A stretch of DNA of 57,673 bases from the IMG/VR virus record IMGVR_UViG_3300025502_000006; one strand, 5' to 3'. Below, piece by piece: positions 34,976 to 46,000 of the stretch. The first letter of the stretch is position 1, and each line of letters opens with the position of its first letter. Source of the stretch: an uncultured virus (IMG/VR IMGVR_UViG_3300025502_000006) (lineage: Duplodnaviria > Heunggongvirae > Uroviricota > Caudoviricetes). The notes beneath the pieces are model-generated. The model made no database searches. It worked only from the letters and a program-made list of their open reading frames with translations, and had not been told where the DNA came from. The position numbers and the translations under genes were made by a program.

Positions 34976-36136
34976 ATGGCTTCCAACGACACAATTAATA
35001 ATGCGGTAAACAATGTCAGTAGTTTGTCATCATCAGTGACAACATTAACACAGCAAGGAACCTTGCAAAATGCCGCGACTCTGGTACAGAGTGGCACCAA
35101 TGCAACGACGGCGGCTGTATCAGCATCTGGTATTAGCAATTTACCTGGCGGACAAAAAATCGCTGAAAACGTAGTCAATAATGCAACAGGAGCAGTCAAT
35201 GCACTTGCTGATGGTATCGGATCAGTAACAAGCACACTTGGCGGCTTAGCGGCATCAGCGTTTAGCGGAGGTGACCCAAGCAAAGCAATTAAAGATGGTC
35301 TATTAGGAGCCGCTGGCAGTGTAATAGGCGGCCTCACCAGCTCATTATCTGCTTCGTTAAGTCCAGGTGCATCAGCCGCACTTGCATCTGCGCTATCATC
35401 CTTGACTTCTGGTGGCGGATCAACTATAGTATTACCGACAGTCGCTATAAACACATTTAATAGAGCAGGACTGACTAGTCTCATTAGCAATGTGCTTGGT
35501 AATCCAAAGATACCTAGACCAAACTTATTGGGAGAAATTCCAGAGGGCGCAGTCAGTGCATTCGGACAGCTACTAGCCTTACGAGGAGCTCTCTCACAAA
35601 AAATTAAAAAACTTAATGACGCAGACAGAAAAATAGCGGAGAAACAAAGCAAATTCAATGAGTTGCGATCAACATTGCCTGCAGGATCGCTCGAAATAGA
35701 AAAAGCCAGAAACGAATACGAATCGGCAGCCAGAGCACCAGAATACAAAGCATTAATAGCATCTGTAAAAGAACTTAATGAGACTATAGGCTCGTCGATA
35801 CCTACACCATCACCACGTCAAGAAAATGTTAATCCGTTCGCTGAAATAGAAGCGTTGATAGAAACTGTGGCCACGAATGAAGGAAATCAAATACTAGCAG
35901 ATTCTGGTAACGCAGTCACAGGTAACCTCATAGTAACTCCTACTCAAACCGATCTATCTTTACCCTGGAATGCAATAGAAGATTCAGGCTTAAGAACATA
36001 CGGAGAGATTGGTGTGGAGCCAATAAGTGATCAAGACGGTGGAGCTGATGTGTCTGAAAACACTATCGATGCGATAACTACCGGCCCCGGAATTAGACTA
36101 AAATGGACTACCTTGTCTTATTTGAATTTAAAATAA
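34976..36136 (+). CDS. Ala/Gly/Ser-rich protein with a coiled coil, probably spike-associated (386 aa)
   Basis: Starts 2 nt after the gp5-like stop and continues its low-complexity composition. Confidence 0.65.
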   Translation: MASNDTINNAVNNVSSLSSSVTTLTQQGTLQNAATLVQSGTNATTAAVSASGISNLPGGQKIAENVVNNATGAVNALADGIGSVTSTLGGLAASAFSGGDPSKAIKDGLLGAAGSVIGGLTSSLSASLSPGASAALASALSSLTSGGGSTIVLPTVAINTFNRAGLTSLISNVLGNPKIPRPNLLGEIPEGAVSAFGQLLALRGALSQKIKKLNDADRKIAEKQSKFNELRSTLPAGSLEIEKARNEYESAARAPEYKALIASVKELNETIGSSIPTPSPRQENVNPFAEIEALIETVATNEGNQILADSGNAVTGNLIVTPTQTDLSLPWNAIEDSGLRTYGEIGVEPISDQDGGADVSENTIDAITTGPGIRLKWTTLSYLNLK

Positions 36137-36141
36137 AAGGA

Positions 36142-36149
36142 TATAAATA
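36142..36149 (+). promoter_or_regulatory. Late promoter TATAAATA 5 nt before the gp25-like ATG
   Basis: Exact T4 late promoter consensus. Confidence 0.75.
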
Positions 36150-36154
36150 GTATT

Positions 36155-36604
36155 ATGCCACAATACGTAGGATTCTCATCGATAAACTCGAACAAAGCCA
36201 GAACTGTCAATCAGGTACCAGGCCTTGACGGTCCGACGAATGGCATCACAAATCCTATCATATTCGGTAAAAAGTTTAGATTGGTCGATGAACAATTAGT
36301 GATCCAAGATTTAGTTAATGCACTTAATATTAGACAGGGTGAAAAAGTCGGCAAACCTAATTACGGTACTACTCTTTGGGACTTTATTTTTGAACCTAAC
36401 ACAACTGATGTGGTTAATGCGGTACAGAATGAAGTTAGACGAGTTGCAAATTTAGACCCAAGATTAGCTCTCAACACGATCAGAGCATTTCCACGAGAGA
36501 ATGGCATTTTAGTTGAAGTTCAACTCTCAATTAATCCTTTTAACAACGCAGGCGATCTGGCATTATTCTTCGATTCACAATCTAATACTGCCGCTCTAGC
36601 TTAA
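36155..36604 (+). CDS. gp25: Baseplate wedge subunit, gp25-like (149 aa)
   Basis: IRQGEKVGKPNYGTTLWDFIFEP...DPR motif. Confidence 0.9.
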   Translation: MPQYVGFSSINSNKARTVNQVPGLDGPTNGITNPIIFGKKFRLVDEQLVIQDLVNALNIRQGEKVGKPNYGTTLWDFIFEPNTTDVVNAVQNEVRRVANLDPRLALNTIRAFPRENGILVEVQLSINPFNNAGDLALFFDSQSNTAALA

Positions 36605-36652
36605 AAATAGTCGGTTTTCCAGAAAGATAAATATAATAAACAGGAAACTACT

Positions 36653-39600
36653 ATGGCAACAAGTTCAAGGCAATCGAGTCTATTCGGGGTAAATGATTGG
36701 AAAGCAATCTACGAAACCTTCCGAGAAGCTGACTTCCGAAGTTATGATTACGAGACTCTTCGTAAGAGCATGATTGATTACCTGCGACTTTATTATCCTG
36801 AAACATACAATGATTATATCGAAAGTTCAGAGTTTATCGCTCTACTCGATGTCATGGCGTTTATGGGACAAGGTCTTGCATTCAGAAACGATCTCAACAC
36901 CAGAGAGAACTTTCTTGATACTGCTGAACGCCGAGATTCAGTTGTTAAACTCGCAGACTTGGTAAGTTATACTCCTAAAAGAAATTCATGTGGCTCAGGA
37001 TATTTAAAAATATCGACTATCAGAACAACAGAAAACATTACTGACGCCAACGGCATTAATTTAAGCAACGTTCCAGTTAATTGGAATGATCCATCTAACG
37101 CTAATTGGTTAGAGCAGATGAACACTATCTTTAATGCTACGATGGTAGATACCCAGCGCATCGGAAAACCAGGCAACACGGCTGAGATTCTTGGTGTTAC
37201 CACAAGCGAATATGGCATCCGCATTCCTAACAACACACTGCCTATTGTCCCGTTTACCTCTCAGGTTGACGGCCAAGCAATGAACTTTGAATTAGTAAGC
37301 GGAACTACACTAGACAAAACATATGTGTATGAAATCCCGCCTGCTCCTACTGGTAAAATTAACATGTTGTATAGAAATGATAAGTTAGGCTTCGGATCAC
37401 CGAATACTGGCTTCATGTTCTACTTTAAGCAAGGTAGTTTGAAGAACTCTGCCTTTACTTTTCAGCAACAAATTTCAAACCAATCAATAAACATTGATAT
37501 TAACGGTGTCAATCAAACTGACACGTGGTTGTATCAAATTAACGCAGACAATACTTTTGGTACTTGGAAACAAGTAGAAAATGTATATTCTGATGCATAT
37601 TTACAAACAGAGTCAAGTGATAAGAAAATCTTTTCAGTTGGATCACGTGCGAATGATGAAGTAACATATGTCTTTGGTGACGGAGTGTTCTCGGAGATGC
37701 CCGTAGGCAACTTCAGAGCGTATGTCCGCTCAAGTAACGCACTAGCATATACAATTGATCCTTCTGAAATGAATGGTATTGCAGTAACGATAACCTACGT
37801 AGGTAGAACAGGCAGAAACGAAACATTATCAATGAACTTTACGTTACCACTGCCAGTGACCAATGCACAACCTAGAGAATCATTAACTGCAATCAAACAA
37901 CGAGCACCTACTAGGTACTATACGCAAAATCGTATGGTTAACGGAGAAGACTACACTAACTTCCCGTATACTCTTTATAACTCCATCATTAAATCAAAAG
38001 CAGTCAATAGAAGTTCTATCGGTGTTTCTAAAAACTTGGATTTACTTGACCCCACTGGCAAGTACTCAAGCACAAACTCTTTCGGAGACGATGGGGCTTT
38101 ATACCAGACTGACACAGACGGCTTTTTAACATTGCAAGTAGACAATACATCTGATATTATACGTTTCTTCACTGAGGATCTTGCATCTGTATTAGCATTA
38201 AACAGATCAAATCAATATTACATACAAAATTATACACGCTATGCATATCCAGGCACTAGTGGCGGAACAACAATGTTTTGGAAAACTAGTTCAGTAGATG
38301 CTTCAAGTGAATCGGGTTATTTCTACACGTTAACAGGAACTATTGAAAATCCTACCCCTCTTGGTACATTTACTACGACTAACGCAAAGTACATGACAAG
38401 TGGCGCCATTATAAAACTTAATGCTTCGGCTGGCTACTATTTTGACAGTAACAATAGACTAGTTGCAGGCATCCCATTAAATGGTCAAAAGAATTACATC
38501 TGGTCAACAATATTAAATGTGGTTGGTGATGGTAATAACAACGGTAATGGCACGTTTGCAAATGGCACTGGACCAGTGACAGTTAATGGCTTTATCCCTG
38601 ACAATGTAACAGTATCAGACGTTATTCCGGTGTTTGATAATTCATTATCAGCAACTGTTATACAAGAAGCGATTCTCAAAATTGAATTGCAACAAAATTT
38701 TACACTAGTTTTTGATAATTCATTGTTAATCAATCAAGAACGTTGGTCGATAGGCGCGGCGGGCGCAACTAACTACTTTGTTAAGTTTACAAGCTTAGGT
38801 AATAATCGGTACACGGTAACTTATAGATCGCTTACATATTACTTTGGTAGTGTAGCAGACACTCGTTTCACCTTTAGTCAGAACGAATTAGTGTATGATC
38901 CGTTCACAGGTAAAATCATACAAGATTTCATTAACATATTAGGTATTAACCCAAAGTTTGGCGCAAGCACCGCATTAGGTGCAGACACTAAAGTTAATAT
39001 TCTAGGTCAGACAGTGGAATCAGATGGATACGTCAACGATTTCCAAGTCGAAGTTGCGGCCACTGATGTTAATAACGGACAACTGATTCTTAATCCAGAT
39101 TTCTTTAGTGACATCACTGGATATGTCAACAACGGAGCAAACACTGGAGTCTATGTATTCTTTAATACAGTAACTGATCCAGTTAACTTAACTCGTCAGT
39201 TAATTGTTCCTAATACAGATGTTGTATATGCATACGGAACTAAAAATCAAATTGAAATTGTAAAATATGAATTCCCAGTAGGGCAATTGTTCTATGCATA
39301 CACAGATGGATTATTCTTCAGGACTGTACAAGATGCAACGGTAACAACGCCCTTCTATCTTGTAACTGCACAGACTACTTACTCTACCAAATCAGGGCGG
39401 CAGGGACTAGACTATCAATATAGACACAATGCCAACAATACTACGCGCATTGACCCAGCAACAACGAACATTATTGATTTATATCTGGTAACGCAAGCAT
39501 ATTACACAGCATATCAAAATTGGATCAGAGACACAACCGATACTGTAGTAAAGCCAGAAATGCCAACCTTGAATGAATTGCAGATAGCATATCCATTGAT

Positions 39601-40018
39601 TCAAGATTACAAAATGTTGTCGGATTCAGTTATATTAAATAGTGTAACATTCAAGCCATTATTTGGTATTAATGCAGACCCAGCATTGCAAGCGACGATC
39701 AAAGTGATCAAATCAAGGACAACAAATGCATCTGATAGTGAAATTAGAAGTTCGGTGTTAGCTACAATGGACACGTACTTTAGTATTAATAATTGGACCT
39801 TCGGCGATACTTTCTTTTTCTCTGAGTTGAGTGCGTATGTACACGAAATGATAGGAGGACTGGTAAGTTCTGTCGTACTTGTTTCAAATGACCCAGAAAA
39901 ATTGTTTGGTGATTTATATGAAATTAAATCCAGACCGTATGAAATATTCGTAAACGCGGCCAGTGCAAGTAATATTGTAATTGTGTCAGCATTAACTCCT
40001 GCAACATTGCAGTCTTAA
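36653..40018 (+). CDS. gp6: Baseplate wedge protein, gp6-like (1121 aa)
   Basis: SYDYETLR, ENFLDTAERRDSVVKLA..VSY.P, FGDG, and ES...IK.RAP..Y..QNRMVNGEDY motifs; TAAATA at 36628-36633. Confidence 0.88.
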   Translation: MATSSRQSSLFGVNDWKAIYETFREADFRSYDYETLRKSMIDYLRLYYPETYNDYIESSEFIALLDVMAFMGQGLAFRNDLNTRENFLDTAERRDSVVKLADLVSYTPKRNSCGSGYLKISTIRTTENITDANGINLSNVPVNWNDPSNANWLEQMNTIFNATMVDTQRIGKPGNTAEILGVTTSEYGIRIPNNTLPIVPFTSQVDGQAMNFELVSGTTLDKTYVYEIPPAPTGKINMLYRNDKLGFGSPNTGFMFYFKQGSLKNSAFTFQQQISNQSINIDINGVNQTDTWLYQINADNTFGTWKQVENVYSDAYLQTESSDKKIFSVGSRANDEVTYVFGDGVFSEMPVGNFRAYVRSSNALAYTIDPSEMNGIAVTITYVGRTGRNETLSMNFTLPLPVTNAQPRESLTAIKQRAPTRYYTQNRMVNGEDYTNFPYTLYNSIIKSKAVNRSSIGVSKNLDLLDPTGKYSSTNSFGDDGALYQTDTDGFLTLQVDNTSDIIRFFTEDLASVLALNRSNQYYIQNYTRYAYPGTSGGTTMFWKTSSVDASSESGYFYTLTGTIENPTPLGTFTTTNAKYMTSGAIIKLNASAGYYFDSNNRLVAGIPLNGQKNYIWSTILNVVGDGNNNGNGTFANGTGPVTVNGFIPDNVTVSDVIPVFDNSLSATVIQEAILKIELQQNFTLVFDNSLLINQERWSIGAAGATNYFVKFTSLGNNRYTVTYRSLTYYFGSVADTRFTFSQNELVYDPFTGKIIQDFINILGINPKFGASTALGADTKVNILGQTVESDGYVNDFQVEVAATDVNNGQLILNPDFFSDITGYVNNGANTGVYVFFNTVTDPVNLTRQLIVPNTDVVYAYGTKNQIEIVKYEFPVGQLFYAYTDGLFFRTVQDATVTTPFYLVTAQTTYSTKSGRQGLDYQYRHNANNTTRIDPATTNIIDLYLVTQAYYTAYQNWIRDTTDTVVKPEMPTLNELQIAYPLIQDYKMLSDSVILNSVTFKPLFGINADPALQATIKVIKSRTTNASDSEIRSSVLATMDTYFSINNWTFGDTFFFSELSAYVHEMIGGLVSSVVLVSNDPEKLFGDLYEIKSRPYEIFVNAASASNIVIVSALTPATLQS

Positions 40019-40036
40019 AGGTTTTAATTATATAAC

Positions 40037-43000
40037 ATGTCAAGAATAAGAACAGTAGATTTTTTACCAGAGATATTCAAAACTTCCACGAATACACAGT
40101 TCTTGGGAGCAACACTTGACCAACTAGTTAATCCTCCAAAGACAGAAAGATTGCAAGGTTATGTGGGAAGCGAGTTTGGTTATGGTGTCAACGCAAAAGA
40201 TTACTATGTAACTGAGCCAAACAAAACGAGAACCGATTACCAGTTGTCTCCCGGTGTCGCATTCTTAAACAACAATCAAGCATCTGCAAAAGACTTTCTA
40301 AGTTACCCAGAGTTGATTGATGCGATTAAACTTAAGGGCGGAGTCACGCTTAACAATAGTCGATTGTTCGAAAGCCAATTCTATTCTTGGGATTCTTTCA
40401 CGGCATTAGATAAACTAATTAATTTTAACCAGTACTACTGGATACCTGCAGGACCACCAGTGGTCACAGTTGCGTCTGCTATTGTCTTCTCAGAAACAGA
40501 CTATAAAGTCACTGATACGGCAAGTGCTTACAATGTAAAATTGTTAGGCGCATCTTCAGGGACACTTAATCCAACTGTTACCTTACTTCGTGGCGGTACA
40601 TATCGTTTCGCAGTTGATCAAGAAACTCAATTTTGGATTCAGGGCGTACCTGGAACTACAGGGTTATCAGGTGCACAGGATACTAGACAAGTTCTAGGTG
40701 TTAACAACAACGGTGCTACAGATGGTTATGTTTCATTTACAGTTCCCGCCAGAAATGCACAAGATCAATTTTTGTTTCCAGGCAACAACTTAGTTGGCGT
40801 AGTAAGCACTGCATTATTTGCTGACGTTAACGGCAAGACTCTTAGCGAACTAGGAAGCATAGATGGCGTAACGTCACTTGAAAATCTATCTGTGATGTTC
40901 TATGATACAGGAGAGGAAAATGAAGTAGGTTTCGTATCATCATTCTTTGATGAGAGCGGAGCAAACTATGATGTTAATTTAACATCTCCTGATTTGGTTC
41001 CTGCAGTTACATTGGAAATCACAGAAACAGTCGCTGGTGGAACAAATAAACTAATTACATCAGGTGTTACTACTGATCTGGTTCCCAATCAAACAATTAC
41101 GTTTTCATCATCAGCGGGCGCACCGTTGCTAGGTGGACTATCCCTCGACACAATTTACTATGTAAAATCTATCGTTAGTGCAACAGAATTTACAGTCTCG
41201 TTAACACTTAATGGACCCGCACAAACTCTTACTGCTAACACAGGAACGATGATTGGAAACGTTAATGAAGGCTTGTTTGATGAAGGCTTCTATACTAACG
41301 TTAGTGAAAACTACTATACAATTACGTATGTTGGTGATTCATCTGATCCAACAATTCGTTTAATCCCAGCTGGAGTAATCCCATCTGACGAAAAGATTAC
41401 GGTAAGCTTCGGAACTGCATACATCGGTTTAGATTTTTACAGAAGTCTTGTTGGTATTTTGTTGCGTGTTCCTTATCTGTCGGCTTTACTAGACACTTTG
41501 TACTATCAAGACGGCACGTTTGCAAACAAAGTTGGTATGATAAAATTAATTGATAGTAACCTGACGAACACATTAGATGTTACTACTGATATAATAGGAC
41601 AAAAAACATTTACATCAACCAATGGTGTAGTATTTACCAATGGATTAAAAATACAATTTGATGGTGATGTTAGCCCAACAAGTTACCTCACTGGTGAATA
41701 TTATGTAGCCGGCGTAGGTGAAGCAATTGAACTTGTATCTACCACAGACCTAACAGTACCAGAAGACTTTACTGGAACAAACTACATACCTTATGATAGT
41801 TTGAATTATTCAATCGGCAACTTTGACACAGAGTTGTTTATTCCAGTAACTCCAGATTATATCACGATAGCCAGAGATGCAATTAATAGAAATGCATGGT
41901 CACGCTCTAACAGATGGTTCCATGTTGATGTTATAAATGCTACTGCTACGTATAATAACGACCCTACAATTATTACAACATATGCTACGGGTGCCGCAAA
42001 AGCAAAAAGACCGATTGTTGAATTCTATCCAAATTTAAAACTATTCGATTCAGGGTCGGAAGCAAAAGCACCAGTTGACTTCGTAGACACAAGAACCACC
42101 AACGCCTTTGATAAAGTAGCCAATCAAGCACAATATTATCCTGACATAGAATCATATACATTATACACTGCGACCATTGCGGCAAGCTCCGGCGCAACCT
42201 CCACTACTATTACCATTGCAACCACGGACATTACTTCGCCGTTACAAGTTGGGCAATACATTACTGATTCAACAAACTTGTTGCCGATTAATACTACGAT
42301 TACGACAAGTGTAGTCAGTGGAGATAATACAATTCTGACTGTCGGTTGGTCTTCACCATCTACTTTCGCAAGCACTACTGTAGCATCTATTGTTGGTAGC
42401 GGCACAACAGTTAACAACTATGCGTTGTTCAGTGGAGCGAGAATCGTCTTCGCATCAGACACCAATTTACAAGTTAAAAACAAAATATGGGTCGTGGGCT
42501 TTTCAGTGATCTCGTTTGGATCACCAGCTGTTATTACATTAACAGAATCAGAAGACTCTCCTATTAATGCAGACAATCAAACTGTAGCCCTCAGAGGATT
42601 CAACTATCAAGGTTCTACATTCTGGTTTGACGGTCTATCATGGCAAGAAGCACAGCAAAAATCAACTGTTAACCAGGCTCCTCTTTTCGACATCTATGAT
42701 AAGGATGGAATCTCGTTTGGCGATGCAACAATTTATCAAGGAACTTCGTTTTTGGGTAACAAATTGTTTGCATATGGTGTTGGTGTTGGCACTAATGACC
42801 CAATATTAGGATTCCCAGTTCGTTATTCTGATATTAGTAACGCAGGCGATATTAGCTTTGATATATCATTGAATGTTGACATCTTTTCTTATGTGACTGG
42901 AACGACACCTGTCACGGCAAAAGTCAATACGGGTTATGTATATAATTACTCTGATCGTACAACGAAAACACGTGAATTGGGCTGGCAAACTGCCATTGCC

Positions 43001-46000
43001 CCCTCAGTTCAGTATCAAATATTTGAACTAGAATATAATACAGGGTCCACAGCCTCTTTCACGTGTGACGTTCAAGTATTAGCAGATGATGTTACTATTA
43101 CTGAGAAGTGGCCATCTGCCCAAGTATATATTAATAACGTATACCAGTTACCTAGTGCATACACAATAACATCAACTGCAACTGAAACTACAGTGACATT
43201 AAACACAGCTCCGACAACAGATACCCCTATACAAATCTTGTTGTTGAGCAACCAAACATCGGAAACTGCTTATTATAGCATACCTATAAATTTAAGCAAC
43301 AACCCATTCAATGCTGATTTAGAGATAGCAGACCTTGGTGACATTAGATCACAATATCAAGACATATTCGTTAATGCTCCAGGCACAGCAGGAGCAGTCT
43401 TTGGCTCAAACAATTACAGAGATTTAGGTAATCTAGCTCCATATGGCACTAAAATTATTCAAAACTCTGCGGCGGTGGTATTGCCAAGTGTGTTCCTGCG
43501 CAGATCAAATCATAATTTGTTCGATGCATTACAATTTAATGCACATCAGTATGTTCAGTACAAACAACAATTGGTTAAAACAGTCAATGACATCGATTGG
43601 GACCAACGATTTGATCCAGGTTATATATTAGACACGGCATTAGAAAAACTTACTTCAGCAAAATCTGAAACTGGTTCGTTTTTCTGGAGTGATATGCTTC
43701 CGTCGCAAGCACCACATAAGTCAAACATCTATACATTCGCCAATGCATTGCAAGAGTCTATCTATCCATTGTCGCAAACATATGACTTCACTAAAGCAAA
43801 CTATAACGGAGTTTTAGTTTATCTTATAAGAACAGTATCGGGCGTAACCAAGACAACTCAATTAGTGCGAAATGTAGACTATACAGTTTCAACATCTGCA
43901 CCTTCATTGACAGTTACAGAAGACTTAATTGCTGGTGACAAGATCACGATCAATGAGTACACACAAACATATGGATCGTTTGTACCCAATACGCCTAGTA
44001 AGTTAGGCATGTATCCTAAATGGAAACCTGAAGTTGTATTAGATTCTAACTATCAAACACCTACTTACATGTTAAGAGGACATGATGGTTCTTATACCTC
44101 ATTGTATTCTTTAGACTACACACCTGCAGTAGGTCTGACTGACTTCAGAGATCAAGCACTGTTGGAATTTGAAACTAGAATATACAACAACATTAAATTA
44201 AGCACTGTCGTTCCTATACAAGCATACGAAGTGTTACCGGGCTTTTTCAGAGCATCAACATACTCTACCGAAGACTATTTAAAAATTTACAGTTCGCAGT
44301 TTTTAAACTGGGCTGGTCAAAATAGAATTGATTACAAAACTCAAACAGGCTATACAAAAACAAACCAGTTTAGTTTTAACTATTCAGAACAAGGGAACAG
44401 ACTAACAGAAACCCCAATTACTCAAGGTTATTGGAGAGGTGTCTATGAATACTTCTACGGCACATCACAGCCAAATACGGCCCCTTGGGAGATGTTAGGC
44501 TTCTCCGAAATACCATCATGGTGGACTGCACAGTATGGTCCCGCACCTTACACCAATCAAAACGGTATTATGTGGACAGACATCGAAGCTGGTCTCATCT
44601 ATAACGGTAGTACTGCACTATCAGTAACCGTACCTGAATTGAAACGCACCGGTTTATCTAAAATCTTACCAGTTGATGAGCATGGAACATTGCTGTCACC
44701 GTTTGATGCGCTGTTGGGAAATTACGATACTAACACATTCCAGAAAAATTGGAAAGTCGGCGATGACGCACCAGCAGAATTTTCATACAGAAGAAGTGCA
44801 TCTTATCCTTTTGATTTGATGCGAATATTTGCATTAACCAAACCAGCAGACTTCTTTAACTTGGGCGCAGACCTAGATAATTACAAGTATAGCACAGAAT
44901 TCAATCAATATCTAGCAAATGATAGAAGTCATTTAGATATTAGTGCGATATCAATCTATGGCGACGGTACAGCAAAAACGAGTTACATCAACTGGATTGT
45001 GGATTTTGAAAAACAACAAGGTACTGATGCAACCACCGAGATCACTAGTCAGTTAAGAAACGTAGATGTTCGTCTAATTTATAGACTAGCAGGCTTCAGT
45101 GACAAAACATTATTAAAATTCTTTGTCGAGAAAGCAACACCAAATTCTGACAATGCATCATTACTTTTACCCGACGAAAGTTACAATGTTCTATTGCATG
45201 ACAACCAACCTAGTGGGGACTTGAAATATTCAAGTGTTGTGATTCAATTAGTATCCAATGGATGGAAAGTATTCGGTAACTCGCAAAGTCAAGCATACTT
45301 TACAATAGATCAACCTATAACAATCAGCAATAATAGAACGATTGCAGTTGATAATGCTTCGGTAAAAGTGGCAAATGCATATACACAAACCGAAACAAAA
45401 GAAAAACTTATTCCATATGGAACACAGTTCTATACTATACAAGAACTCGCACAATTTCTTGCAAGTTACGGTAATTGGTTAACTCGCAAAGGTATGGTAT
45501 TTGACTCTATCGATAATGGAGTAGAAATCAACTGGGATATAATGATCAAAGAATATCTCTACTGGACGCAATTTAATTGGGAAAATGGATCGTTGATCAC
45601 AGTGAACCCATCAGCACAATCTTTAAAAATTGAAAAAGATAGTGAGATTGTTCAGCCATTAACTATTGAACAAAGCAACTTCTTATTGAATCAAAATGCA
45701 TATCCCATTGCAATCAAAGACTTGGCGATTGAAAGATTAGATACTAAATTCGAAGTTAAAACTTTGAACTCTGGTGATACAATGTCATACGGACAGTTTA
45801 ATCTAAGCAACATGGAACACGGCATCGTATTCGACAACACAACTGTATTCAATGATGTACTTTACAACTTAATTACTGGTCTGCGACAGTCTCGCATTTA
45901 CCTTCGAGGAAGCAAGACCGCTGAATGGAACGGTACAGTGTTCGCATCAGGCTTCATTCTCAACCAAGACAATGTTGTTGAATGGGTACCAGCTATGAAA

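Noticed and set aside
34955..34980. Programmed frameshift fusing the gp5-like ORF to the 386-aa ORF
   Set aside because: The frames differ by -1, but there is no X XXY YYZ heptamer or clear hairpin, and TAATAATG fits ordinary translational coupling.
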